Shown: positions 49,818 to 63,709 of the stretch, in pieces
Layout of the letters: each line of letters opens with the position of its first letter
How positions within the stretch are numbered: the stretch's first letter is position 1
Assembly (NCBI GenBank): GCA_028534125.1
Contig: CM052817.1
Coordinates: 94,428,001-94,492,000, forward strand
Direction: 5' to 3'
Source: Lama glama
Lineage: Eukaryota
DNA: 64,000 nt
The notes under the pieces: model-generated
The model's database searches: none
What the model saw: only the letters and a program-made list of their open reading frames with translations
Told to the model about the DNA's origin: nothing
Program-made: the position numbers and the translations under genes

Positions 49818-52802
49818 AAAGTTTGGATCTTTATAAACTGTGGTTTCTCACTACAAATTTGTTTCCTTACAACAGGAGATGTTTCCTTAAAGTTAAGACC
49901 ATCTAGGAAACAGACTTAGAGTTTGAGATGCAAAGATAAATTCTTAATCTCATCTAAGAACCACAGGATCTCACCATTTCAAACAAAAAACAAGTATTAT
50001 TTTAATGCACATTTTCTTCTCTGTATGTTCATTATCTTCTTAGCCAACCTAGAATCTTACTTTACCTAAATGTCAAACATGGTATTCTGGTGTTTCTGAT
50101 TTCAGACTATAAGTCAGATCTTATTGTGAGGCTTTTGGTTTTACATCTTTGATAGGAGTGAAAATTTAACTCCAGTTTTGCCTCTTGGCAGGTGCTTGTA
50201 AACCTATTGCTTGAAGAATGTTTAGAAGTATATACTGGTTGATTATTGATTACACTTAGCAAACCGCTGGCCTGGGAAACACCTAAATCAATCTTCACAC
50301 TTCCTTGTTTTGACTACCAATTCCACAATAGACTTATTTACAAAGGAAATGGGCTGTTTTGCTTTAAGATTTTACGTTAACCTTGCCATGGCTGTGCTTG
50401 ATTGTTTCAGAGCACAATTATTTTAAAAGACTATGAAATGACTACAGTATGTGCTCTGTGAACCAGGAATTCAGACTGAATATTGTGTGCTCTGACTTGT
50501 GTAGGAGAAATATGTTTTGAAATAGGCATGATGAAATTATACATCTAGTGTAGGCATGGCTTTTCCATATTGATATGGGCAGAGATGGGATTAATAAAAG
50601 AATAAAGACTTTGAGAAATTTAACAGGGCTTGAATAATATTTAAAACATTAAATCATTTTGATTTATAGTCAATCCATAAATTCAAATTTTGAGCACAGA
50701 ATTTTAAAGCTAAAAGAGACCACATATTCTAGTTTCCTTACTTTACAAATAGGGCAACTAAAATCTGAAAAATAAAATAACCAATGGCCAAGTGAGGATT
50801 CGAACTAGTGTCTCTGGCAGCAGAGATGCTTTTATTTCAACTATCACGTTCCAAAATATCAATTTGGTACTGATATTGCTAGATGGTCTTTTCTGAAAAC
50901 TCTGAAAAATAAAAGGATCCTCCTCCACGAGTATCACACACCTTAGTCACTCTGCAAGAACAACTAGGATTATGAATGCTCCAGCCTCAGAGTTCTATTG
51001 TCCAGTGATCCACATGAAACTTCAAGAATGAGACAGGGAATACTGGTTCTTTGGGGCCTTTTGAAGAGAATTTGAATGCAAGGGAAATTAGGTCCCTTCC
51101 ATGGATAACGGGCAGCTGATGAAAAAATGAGAGAGGGATTAGGAAAGTAGATGATGAAGAAATTATATAGAGAAAACCAAAGGAAGTTGAGGTTGAATAG
51201 GAGATTGAAGTTAATGAAGGGTCCCGAATGAGCGATGGGATTCAGTGTGAGTTATCATTAATTAGGCAAGCTTGGGACCAATCAAGTGACACTGAGGTGA
51301 AGAGTGAAATTAGCTCACTGTCTGAATCTCTTCTTAAAACCACCACAGTCAGTGGGTGCAGTGTTGAAGCTGAGCTAACTCTTGCATAGTTTGGCTATTG
51401 ATACAGTTTTGCTTTAAGGGTAATAGTTCAGAAACTTACACATCATTTATTCCCTATTAAAATTGGATAATTATTGTAAAGCGTTGTATATTGTGTGCAT
51501 TGAGTTAAAAATGTTTTGTAGCATGAATGATGGCAAAAGACTTGAATATAATACTTGCTAATTAATATGTAAATTATTCCTAGCAGCAAAATAGTTTGTC
51601 ATTTTTATTAAAATTTATTTTTTGTAAAATGAGGTAAACTCTCTGATTATCTGAAAGTTCACTTCATTAACAGTATGATAACTAAAAGGGAATATCTAGA
51701 AGTTAGAAATACAGGTTAGGAGAAAGAGGAAAATTCTAATTATGTACCTTTTTTTTCTAGTTATTTATTTTGAACTTTTTATTAGTGGCCCTGTAACTCT
51801 CTTTTCATAATCACTCCAATCATCTCAACACTATACTTCTGAAGCTTTGGAAATTCAGGATTTTGTACGGACAACTACTAGAGAATTGGAAACAAAATGG
51901 TCATGTGACAAAGGACACACTAATTGGCAGCGTCCTAGAAAGTCACTGAAAAAAAAAAAATTCCATAGTGGGAGAACTGTAGTCTTTTAGGGAAGCAGTT
52001 TTCAATTCTTTGAACATTTATTTTATTAAACTATTGAGACAAAGGGGTGTAATAAGTATAGCATTAGCTCATTTAATTCTCCGGCATTATGAAATATGTA
52101 ATATTATGCCCATATTATAGAGGAAGAAACCGAGGCTTAAGGATATTAAGCAGTTCTTCCAAATCTCCATGAGCTGGGTTCATGTGTAAATACAGTAAGA
52201 AGCAGCTCCTTAGGACTAGGATGATATCTGTGGTTATCATTAACTCCAACAAAGTATGCAGAAAATTTGAAATAACTGGGGAAGACCTTCCGGCTCCAGC
52301 CCAGGTGCTGTGACAGAGCAGCCCTGGGTTCAAGGGCAAATTCAGATACACAGCAAACGAAGAGTAAAGAGATGGGTAGGGCCTGCGGTGGAAATTCAAC
52401 CATCTTTACTTTTCTGAACCCTCTGTAAAGAAACAATGACTCCGACAGGATTAGAGTCCTGGGAGCATCAATTCTTGCAGCTTTGTGTAGCATTTAAAGC
52501 TATTTTGACGGGAGATTCAAGAAAGCGGTCAAAGAGGGTTTTCTTCTATTTGTGTCGGGTAGACAATCACGTTTACACTCTGTTAAATTTCCTTCATTGC
52601 CATAGTGGAAGGAATTGAATCCATTATGTTTTTCTAACATAGAACTGACTTGTGCTGACAAAAAATTCTGAAGAGTTGGCTTTGTAATCTTGTTCCACAA
52701 ACCAACGGAAAAGGTCACAAATCATTATATATTTTAGCTCCAGGAGACTCCTGTGAGCGAGGCTACATAAAATATGTGTCCCCCAAAACCTAGCTGAAGC
52801 AA

Positions 52803-52823
52803 AACAACAACAACAACAACAAC
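52803..52823. repeat. (AAC)n microsatellite
   Basis: About 7 AAC units. Confidence 0.9.
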
Positions 52824-53034
52824 AAAAAAACTAACAGACTTCATATACTGACAGGCTGAGAATACATTTACTATGCCTTTAGTTGATTCTATCGTACCTG
52901 ATTTTGCAATTGCTAAATGAATAATTCTATAAACATTACAAACTTCCCTTTAAAAATAAATTTTAAAACATTTTGGGTTTTTTTGTTCAATGCTACTAGC
53001 TTCCAAGGAAGGAAGACTATGTCACTGTTACTCA

Positions 53035-53640
53035 CCCGTTCGGTTTAAAACCCATCCGGATGCCTTAACGGGCTCTGTCAGGAGCGGGAGGGTCCCGGCG
53101 GCGGCGTCCCAAAGCCAGCGAACGGCTGGCGCGGAGGGCGCGGCGCATGCTCACTAGGCGCCCTCGCCGCCATTGCTTCTTGAACACCTGACGGATCCCT
53201 GCCGCACGTCAGCTCCAGGTACGGCTTGTCCCACGCGACCCGCTGCTTCCCCCCGCGGCTCTCCTTTCCCCCTTCTGAGCGCACACGAGGGCGTCACCTT
53301 CCCAGATGCCCAGCGTCTTAATATTCCGGTTGTCCAGGCCCTTTGTGTACTTGCCAAACTCCACCCTGACCGTGAAATACAAGTCATAGTTGCAGAACGT
53401 GCTGTTGGTTTTCGCCTTGAACTTACCGCGGTCTGGCTCGGTGATCTTCGTCCGAGTCAGACGGACGGCGATCTTGTGGGTGGCAAAATCAGTACCCAGG
53501 GCTTCATGTAGCCTTCAAAGTTGTCGTGACTCCCCATCTCCCAGGTTCCATTCTGGTCCCTCGCCATGGGGGTGGCTTCTGGTTAGCGTGGGTGTGGACT
53601 TGGATGGCAAGGAGCAGGCTGGATGCGCCGTTTTCTTAGG
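53035..53640. promoter_or_regulatory. CpG-island promoter, probably bidirectional; gene not identified
   Basis: The strongest CpG-dense non-repeat stretch in the window. NRF1-like ggcgcatgctca (53142-53153), YY1-like gccgccatt (53166-53174), CRE-like cacgtca (53205-53211). Donors: CAG|gtacgg on + (53218/53219) and CGG|gtgagt on - (53036/53035). Confidence 0.75.
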
Positions 53641-53965
53641 TGCCTGGGTATCCCCACTTCTGAATTTATTCACCTAACTGTGAAATCCGTCAGGTGACTC
53701 TTGAGAATGGGAAAGCTCATCAGCCACAAATCAATCTTTCTAGGTTGCAGGAAGGTTTCTGGAGGCCACACGAAGAAGTGAGCATGTGGGCCTCTCAGAA
53801 AGCTTGGATCTGAGATAAATCAGTCAGCTAAGCGCCCATCTGGAAGGGTTTTAAACAGAACCAGTGTGTAACAGTGACACACATATTCTTACTTCCTTGG
53901 AAGCTGGCATTAAATTTAAAAAAAATTTTTTTATTAATAAAAAAAATTAAGCGCCAAAGTAGGTC

Positions 53966-54543
53966 TGTTACCAACCGGGGTTCATTTGTCAAACCCTGAG
54001 ATGCCTAGGTTTGCAGCAGAGTAAAGATTTATTCAGGAGGCAGCCAAAGCAAGACGGGAGAAGAAGTATTAAATCCACCTCCTGGAAGGCGAGAGGCTGA
54101 GATATTTATGGGATAAGCAGAGTCTGAGGTGTAGGGAGCGTGGGAAATGGTGATTGGAAATAAGAAAAGGTGATGTCATTGTTGTTGTGTGCAGGCGCAA
54201 CTAAGCTATATGTGTGTTTAGAAAATGGCGGCACCAGGGTAGAGTTTTGGACCCTCTAATGTCAAAAGGTCACCAATCGGACTGCGCATGCCTAGTGGGA
54301 GGGTCAGTGGTCCTCACTAGTCTTAACGGGCTTGGGCTCAAACTGAACACAGCTTTCTCCATGTTTCTGAAGAATTACTGGGGCAAACATCATTACTATT
54401 TTAGGCTACTGATGCTTGGAGGACGTGTAAGTTTTTGTGAAAACTAAACAAGCTTGAGTTTGATCAGTGAAGGCAAGTTACAGTTCATTATTTAATAAGC
54501 AAGTTAAAGTTTAATGGATCTAACTGATGACTACCCTGTTTCA
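53966..54543 (-). mobile_element. ERV1-type solo LTR
   Basis: tgttacc...cctgtttca, near-TSD ggtc/ggtg, AATAAA on minus (~54028-54033). Confidence 0.8.
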
Positions 54544-55189
54544 GGTGTAGAATAAAACTGAAGGGACGACATGGTGGTTTTTGTGTGTGCTTGTTTTTTT
54601 CCCCCCAAAGAATTTATCTGTTCCAGGGAATAATTTAGAATGTATTCAATTTCCCCACCCTAACTTTAAAAAGTCCTGAAAGGTTTAGAGAATTTATCCA
54701 CAGTGTCTTTCCAAAACAATTTTTCAAATTATACTTCCTTAATATTGACTTGTCCTTTTGAAAAATCTGTATATTTCTGAGCACATTCTTTTAAAATTCT
54801 GACCACCTTTACAATGGCTGCATTTTCTGGCTAGCATTAGAGAGCAGAAGAAATTTCTTGACAAATTCCATCCATGGAAAATGAAAAAACAACAGGGAAT
54901 ATGTGAGTCCATTTGTGCCCTAACTGCACTAAAAATCACTGAAACAGTTTATTGGCTGATGAATGCAGTTTGTTCTATAACTCCACACTCCTGTTTCCTT
55001 GGGGATAGCAAAGAAGTGATGAAACAATGCTCTAGTGTAATGCTCTAATATAAAGCCTCAACTCAGTCAATACAAAAGTTCCAGCTCATGTTGGAAAACT
55101 TTTCAAAAGTGGATGAAGCATTAAGTTTATCTTAGTAACCTGATTATTTAAAAGACTTTATGTTATACCTTCTATGTGAGTCATTTCTT

Positions 55190-58100
55190 TTTATTTTTTA
55201 CTAATATTGTTTTATTGAAATATAATCTACATGCAGTAAAGTGCAAAAGTCCCAGTTGTACAAATCACTGCATTAATGCAGAATGTACACACCTGTATAA
55301 CCATCACTCAGGACAAAAACATTCACACACCCCTGGAAACCTCCTCATGCCTCCTGCCAGTTAGTGCTCCTTCCTTCACCCAGAGTGACCCTTCTCTTGA
55401 AGTTTATCTCTATAAATTACTTTTGACTTTATACTTTCTAATAAATGGAATCTTACTGGAATGGAATATATTGTTTTGTTTCTGGCTTCTTTAATTTAAT
55501 ACTTTTGAGAGATTCATCCATATTGTGTGTAATAGTAAGTAAGCCATTAATTTTCATTGCCATATAGTATTTCATTGAATAAATATACCACAATTTATGT
55601 ACTGTACTGATAGACAGTTGGATTGTCCTCAGCTTGGAACTACCGAGAATAATACTGTTATAAGCATTCTTGTAAATGTTCTTTGGTTCACAGCTGTAAG
55701 TACTTTTGTCAGGTTTATATCTGCAAATGGAATTGCTGTAAGATATACACATGTACAGCGTTAGTAGATACTGGCAAACAATTGTCTGAAGTGATTCTAC
55801 CAATTTATATTCCCGTTAGCAATGAATGAGAGTTCCAGTTGCTCCATTTTTCCATTGCTTAGAGTAGTACCTTTCCATAAATCAAGTGTTCTTATATGTA
55901 TGAGTCTGTTTCTTAATTCTTTTCTAATACATTGGTTTACGTGTCCATCTTTACTTTGATTCCACACTGTCTTAATTACTGTACCTTTATGGTACATCTT
56001 GATATCTGGTAATGTAGGTCCTCTGAGTTTGTTTTTCTTCTTCAATATTGTCTGGGTTGTTTTTGGCTATTTGAATTTTCATTTAAATTTTATAGTCAAT
56101 TTATTGATTTCTATGAAAAATCCTCCTGGGACTATAATCGGGATTGCATGGATTCTATAAAGCAACTGAAAGATAACGGACATCTTTATAATATTACATG
56201 CCCTCCATTTATTTAGGTTTTTTAAAATGTCTCTAAATAATGTTTCATAGTTTTCTGTGTAGAGGTTTACACATGTTTATTAATTTATTGTTAGATATTT
56301 AATGGAATAATTGAAAATTTTAATTTTTAATTGCTTATTGTTGGCATACAGATATACAGTAGATTTTTATGTTTAGAGCTTAAACTCTGTGACTTTTCTA
56401 AATTCACTTATTAATTCTAATATTTATCTAGAGATTAATTTGCATTGGTTGATAATATCATCTCTGAAGAATGACAGCTTTTCTTCCTAATTCTTATAAA
56501 TTTTGTTTTTCTTGTCATATTATACTTGTTGGGATCTACTTCCTGTTAATGTTAAATAAAAGTCTTGATAAAGAGCACCTATCTCTTTTCCAATGTCAGG
56601 GAGAAAGCTTTCAGTATTTCACCATGGAACATATTTATCATAGGTTTTTTAAAAGACTCTTTATCATATTAATGAAGTTCCTTTCTACTACTAGTTAGGA
56701 GTTATTTTTATGGAAAATGTTTGTTGAATTATCAAAAATATTTTTTCTGCATCGAGATAATGGTATTTTACCCTTTACTTTGTGAAAATAGTGAATAATG
56801 TATATTGATTGAAATTTAAAGTTCTATATGTAGAATAAAACCTTCTTGGTTGTGACAAATTATTCTTTTTATGTATCAATGGAGTAGGTTGCTAATACTT
56901 GTTTAGAACATTTGAGTAAAAGTTTCCTTTTTTATAACATACTCATCAGTGTCTTGGATTCATGAAATGAATTGGAGAGTGTTCCCTCTTCTATTCTTTG
57001 GAACAGATTGTGTACATTTGGTGTTATTTCTGTCTTTAATCTTTGGAAAAATTCACTGGTGAACATATATGGCCCTGGAGTTTTCTTTGTGGCAAAATTT
57101 TAACTACAAATTCTAAATCATTAATAGTTTAGGATTATTCCAATTATCTATTCTTTGTATGGGTCAGTTTTGATAAGATGTATTTTTCTAGTAATTGATC
57201 CATTTTATTAAAGTTTCCAAATTTATTAGCACAAAATTGTTCATCAGCTCTTCTTTATCTTTTTAATATGTGTAGAATTTATAGAAGTGTTCCTTTATTA
57301 TTCTTTGTATAGATAATCTGTACCATTCCTGGGTTTTTAAAATGAATTTTGCCAAGGGTCATACATTTCATTTGTATTTTCAAGGAACAATTTTGGCTTT
57401 TATTGCTCTTCATTGCATGTTTTTTTTTTCCAGTTTGTTAATTTCTCTTTGTGCCTTTGTTATTCTTTCTTTCTAATTTATTGGGGTCTAATATCCTATT
57501 ATTTTCTTAACCTTCTTTAGGTAGGTATGTAAATCATTAATTTTTAGCCTTTTTGTTTTCTTGTATACATTAAAGTTTATTGTTTTCCTTCAAAGTACAT
57601 CTGTAGTTGCATTTTACAGGTTTAGATATGTAGTTCTTTTATTATCATTCAGTTCAATATATATCCTAACATTCACTGGAATTTCTTCCTTTAGCTCTGG
57701 GATTTTTAGAAGAATATTGCTTAATTTATAAATATTTGAGAGATTTTCAAATTATATTTTTTATTGGTTTCTAACTGATTTTGCCCATTTCAGTCCTTCA
57801 AAATTTGTCATTGTATGTATCTTTTTCTCTCCTTTCTTGCCTTCTTTTAGCTTATGTATTTTTCTTTTCATTTTCCTAAACATTCTTTTATTATTATTTT
57901 AGTTATTAACCCAGAGATTATACATGCATTCCTGGCTTATTGATGTCTAAAATAAATCAGTGATTTTACTAATTTTGGACAATCTAAGGAATGTAGAAAG
58001 ATTTAACTTAGTTTTCCACCTCCTGTCCATTTTTCTTTTATTGTTGTCATATGTGTTAGTCCTGTATGTATTTTGTTCTATAAATTCCTTAATATATTAT

Positions 58101-59590
58101 CATTTTGTACACTTACTATTTATCTAGATTAATTCTTTCTATTGCTGTTTGTGCATTTATTTATTCATTTTGTATTCCCATGCTTTTGTTTGGAGTCATT
58201 TTTTCTGCTTAAAGAACTTTTAGCATTTCTTTTGGTGCAGACCTACTGGTAACATACTCTTAGTTTTTACTTGTATGAAAATGTTTTAATTTAACCTGTG
58301 TTTTGGGGAATATTTTTGTCAGATACAGACTTCTAGGCTACCAGTTATTTTTTTTTATCATTTTGAGAATGTCATTTGTTGTCATCTGGCTTCCAGTATT
58401 TCCATTGTGAAATCAGTTTATTCCCTTACAAGTAATTTTTCCCCTTCCTTCCACTGTCTATTATTTCTTTGTCTTCTTCAGTATCTTCCCTTTTATATAT
58501 CTAAATGTGGTTTTCTTTGACGTTTCCTAGTTGGGCACTATAACATTTCATGAATCTGTGACTTGGTGTCTTTTATTTATCATTTTGGAAAATTTTTCAG
58601 CTACTCTTTACATACTGCTTTTGCTCCATTCTCTATTACCTGTCCTTCTGGGACTCCAAGTACGTGTACTTTAGATCTTTTCACAATATCCTGTATGCTA
58701 TATTCTGTGATTTCTCATCTTTTTGTTTGTTTGTTTTCTTCTTGTACTTTATTCTGGAATATTTTTTTTCTGATTTATTTTCTAACCTCTTCCTTAGCTG
58801 TTAATCCCATCTATTGATGTCTAAATTGCACTTATTATAATTTTCAGTTCTATTTGATTCTTTTCTAAAATATTCAGTTCCCCTCAAATTTTTCATGCTA
58901 TCTACAAAGTTCTTGAGCATATTAATCACGGTAATTTAAAAGTCCCTGTCTGATTTTTTTCAAGATCTAGATCTCCTATAGGTTGTTTCTTTTGTTTGAA
59001 TTTTTTTTGGAGAGGGGTGGGATTTGGTTTTGTTTTTTGGTTTGCCTGACCATTTTTTTGTTGTTGTTGAATTCAGGATACTGTGTGTGAAACATTTTAG
59101 AGATACTTTCAGGCTCTAAATGGTGTTACTTCTAGAGGGTTTAATTTTCTTCTAGTTGAAAGGGTAGGGGCAGATAATGTAATCCAATCTGGAATTGAAT
59201 TGATTAGAAGGGCTTGAATCTTTTTGACAGTCATTTTGTTTCTGGTTCACTCTTTACTCCTAAGATGAAACTCACTCAGGTTCCAGTGGACATCCTGGGA
59301 TATTTTGTCTGCTTCATATTGTGCCTGACTTCAATTTTATTCCCCAGCCTCATAAAACTCCTAGAACATTTGCTCAGTGTCTTCATCTTTAGTCTGCTCT
59401 TTAGGAGCTGGAAAATGCCTTAAGGAAAAGTGGAATTAAATGTCAGCCTCACCTCTCTGTACCCCTTTTCTTCCAGGATCTTGGCCCCACAGTCCTGCTG
59501 CCCTATTAATTCTCTGATGCTTTCACATGGATATTCCTAATGGAGTATCTGATTTTACAGTTGTTTTCCATGGGAGGATTGGTTTGCGCA
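55190..59590 (-). mobile_element. Long, heavily decayed old L1M
   Basis: About 4.4 kb T-rich stretch. Minus-strand ORF2 remnants (KKKNKLRGPTLPDIKMYHKGTVIKTVW), with the 3'UTR at the left end. Confidence 0.8.
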
Positions 59591-62500
59591 AATCTATTCC
59601 AGGTAGTGGAAAAATGCTGGTCATTTCCTTATCCTGCTTTGTTGAATTTCTTATTTTATCCTTTGGGTTGAAATGATATCTTTGATTTTTCCTAATACTA
59701 GAACATCTGAGGAATAAAAATAGAAATGAAGGAAAGGATGAATATTTATTGAATTTCTGTTATGTGATGAGTGGTGTACTAAAAACATTTCATATTGAGA
59801 TAAATATTTTTTACATATTTCATATTTTATTATTTGTTTTGTGAAACTGTAGACAATTGAAATACCACAGCCTCTGTGTATTCACTATTGAGGTTTTTTT
59901 TACCCACAGGACAGACTCAAGAATCCTCAGTTTGTTTCCATGATAGTTAAAAGAATATGTTTAAATACTAGGAAACACAAGGATTCCTGGTTCTTATCAG
60001 AATCCATCACTTTATCCTAAGCAAGAAAGTCAGGTTTTTTGTTACCTGAGAAATTTTTGCAGGTACAACCTTTCAGAATGTCACAGTAATCATTTGTGAA
60101 CTGTCAGGAATAGCTGCATTGCACCATTTCTGTATTACGATATTTAATCTGACTACTAAAAGAAAAATACCTCTTTATTCCAACTGCAATATATTAAACA
60201 GAACTACCTTTAACATTGTAAAATGAGCCATATAGTAGTCACTCAGGTTTTTATATGTATGATTCCTTCTTTATATTTTCTTACCTAAAATTTAAAACTC
60301 TCTTTGTGAAGAATATTTTTCAATGTTCTAGTTGTTGAATATTCCTTTACACCCTTACACTTAACGATTTTATAAGGTTTAAGAGTCTAACGTTTATATT
60401 ACAGAATTTGCATATTTGGTTTAAAGTCATGAGGCTTTTTGTGGATTTATTATACAGTTTATTACTTTCAAATCTAATAAGTCAAGACCACCTGTAGCAA
60501 CAGGAGACCATGTCTTTCACTAGGATGTTGAAATGTGGTTGGGTTGCAGCTACTAATGTCACATGGTCCCAGAACAACTTCACAGACTACATTCTTCATT
60601 ATGTAAAAGTCACCCTATCAAGAAAAGAAATTTTTCCTTGGTCTTTCCTTGAAAGCATTGACCAAGTCCTTCTAGCTTTTCAGCATCTTTCATCTTACAT
60701 CAAACACTTACTGGTATCAAAGCAAACAAAAAGGAAATTTTAGCTTTCATTCTCAGGAAAGATGCTTTCAGAGGCTTAATACAAAAGCACAAGTGAGAGG
60801 GCTGCCGTGCCAGTGCCTGTGTTAAACCTGCAGCCACAGGAAAGGCTCTCTTGGTGAGCAGTCAGAGGTGAAGGAGGTGATTTGGGCTGCAGGGAGGTGA
60901 CAACCTCAAGAAAATCTCCCCATTGTACGTATCTTATCTCTGTATCTTGGGTAAGTGACACGTGGCATTGAGGCCAGACTCTTCTGCTTTTTTTGTTTCC
61001 CACAGTCTAGCTCAGAAAGTGAGAGCTAAGGAAAGGTTGGAATGCACTGGATGGTTCTCCAGGCTTTCCTAGGTGCCTTGTCTGTCAGAAGAAGGCAAAA
61101 CTGATCCAAATCAGGCAGATCCTTATACTGTTAGTATTTTAGGCAGAAGACCAAGGTTGGGGGGCTGGGGCATAGTGTGATTGGTCTGACAGACTTAGGG
61201 AAAAGTTTTCCTGGAAGTAGTTAATGTCGGGGGAGGAGTAATGTCTAGGGTGGAGGTGAAAGTAGTCAAGGGAGACTTCAGCAAGCTCAGAACAGTCTTT
61301 CTCCTCAGGGAAAAGTAAGACCTAGGAATTTTGTGATTTTTCTCATCCCTGGCTGGGTCATAAATGCTGATGGCCAGAGCCACCAACCCTTTACTAGGGC
61401 CTAGAACAGAATCGTTGAATTCTTTGGTTCCCATTCCTAGGAATTCCTGAATATGATTTTTGTAACAGAGTCTAGAAAGATGTGGAACATTAATTATAAG
61501 GAAATATAGATTAAATATAAATGATGTGATTTCAGCTTGAGTTGAAGCTGTGCTTATCTCAGGATGCAGACATAGTCTGGAGGAGATAGTCTACTGTCTT
61601 CTTGAAGGATGAGAGGTCTCCTGAGAAAGGGTTTATTTTAAAAGAAGCTATAGGCACATACTCTTGGTCTGAGAATAAGGCCTCAGTCAGAAGGAGGGGA
61701 CACAGTGTCACCAAGAGAGCCCTCTAGCACAAACTGGTCTGCCGGCCTCGGTCACCATAGGTGGTTTGTTTGCTCCAATCTTTGCTTCCACCTCCTTGCT
61801 GATGCTCTGGCTGAGAAACTGCATGACCTCATTGCTGCTGTGTTTCCTGTGCTCGCCTTGGGATAACAGGATCAGCACTATGCAGACTGTTGTCTGAGGT
61901 TCCCAAAGCCATCAGCCCTCAAGGTGCGCAGGTGCTTGTTTTACCTTCTCGATTGGGTTTCCCACTGTATCCTTTGGGAGCCTAACTAAGCTTATACCCT
62001 GACTCGCACATAGTCCTTCCAGTCAGCCTCAGCAGAATCTTCTTCTATTTCCCCTGCTTGCATTTCCAGTCCTTTTCTAAAATCTTCACCACCTTCTTTT
62101 ATCCAAAACCAGACTCCTTATACAAATAAGCTTTTGCAAATTTTTTTGTTTCAAACAGCTGACTGTTTGCTCTGTGTGACTAAAGCCAATCCTGAAGGCC
62201 AACAGTGAACACAGCCTTGTGTCAGGAGCAGATATCACTGTCCAGTTTCAAACTAGCGTTCCTGTTACACAAGCCTTTGTCAGAATAGTGATCGCTAATC
62301 TTCTTGACACTCGGTAGGACAAATGAAAGGCAGAGTTTCCTTCAGTCTTGGAAGTTTGAGTTGGAAATATATGCCAAGTGTTTCAAAGCATCTGACACTA
62401 CTACAATCCCCTTTTTTGGTCTTGCAAAGTTTGCATTTTAGCAAACTTATAAATATATGAATTTTTCTAGGATGATTTTCAGGAACTGCTATATAATTTT

Positions 62501-63258
62501 CTGTTTTTTTTTATGATATCAAGAGATACAAAAGGCTTGGTCCAGTTGAAGTGTCAAAGAGCTTCTATCACTTTACTTTTGGTAGGTGTGAGAAAGAGAC
62601 AAAAATATTTGGGATAAGTGATAAAATGGAAGACAAATGATTATTCTTTTATTATTTTTATTAATATTATTATCTGCATGTTCTTGAGAGTCTATGAAAT
62701 TGAAATTCTGGGCAATTGGCCGAATAAGCTGATGCAGAAGGGGCCCACACCTGCTGAAACCATTTGAAAATGCTGGATAAAATAGCAAACAACATCAACA
62801 AAAATGATCACGGACAAACGACAAAAAGAAAGAGAAATCCTTGGATGCCATAAGCATAGAAGGAACTCAGAGTCAGGATGGGCTCTGAAAGAGACTTTTT
62901 GTAGGAGAACTTCCACATCTCAGGGCAAACTGGATTCCTGGAGACCAACATAAACCCCCTGGACATGAACTCATAAAAAAACATTATGAACGAGACAGTG
63001 AAAAGAACACCATAAGGAAGAATCAGCAAGTCCACAAATATTTCCTCTTAGAAAAGCACTCCAAGAGCGGCAGATAGTGGAGTAATCTGAAAGAGGCTAC
63101 ATATTAAGTATTTTGAAAAAAAATATAAAACTACAATGAAAGAAAGAAACATTAGGGAAGACATCTTTATGTTTTCTCTACTTCATTTTTAAGAAGCATT
63201 CCACTTTGGATATTGAAGCTCTTTGCATCAACAGGTATCTTTGACCCTTAAAGACACC

Positions 63259-63709
63259 TGCATCTATTTACAAGAGCTGCTGTAATGAGTTGCCACAGAC
63301 CAAATGATTTAGACAACAGAGATCTATTGTCTCACAGTTCTGGAGGCTTGAAGTCTAAGATCAAGGTTGGTTACTCTGCGGCATATGAGGGAGAATCTAT
63401 TCCATGCCTCTCTCCTAGTTTCTGGTGACCTGTTGGCCATCTTTGGTGTTCCTTAGCTTCTGCTGTGTGACCAGAATCTCTACTTTCACCTTCACATGTG
63501 TTCTCCCTGTGTGTATCTGCTGTCTGTGTCCAAGTCTTATAAAGACACAGTTCATGTTGGATGGGGCCCATCCTACCCTACTGTGACCTTCTTTTAACTA
63601 AGTGCATCTGCAATAACCTTATTTCTAAATAAGATCACATTCTAAGATACTGGGAGTAGGGGCTTCAACATAGGAATTTGGGTGATGGGACACACTTCAA
63701 TCCATAACA
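63259..63709 (-). mobile_element. MaLR solo LTR (MLT1)
   Basis: acaacagagatctattgtctcacagttctggaggc...tttctaaataagatcacattct...tccataaca. Confidence 0.82.

Noticed and set aside
53078..53677. ORFs over the CpG island as protein-coding genes
   Set aside because: Expected in GC-rich DNA, several use non-ATG starts, and no recognisable domain.
62650..63180. A-rich stretch as a coding exon
   Set aside because: No sustained plus-strand frame; resembles a decayed L1 5'/ORF1 region, too degraded to call.
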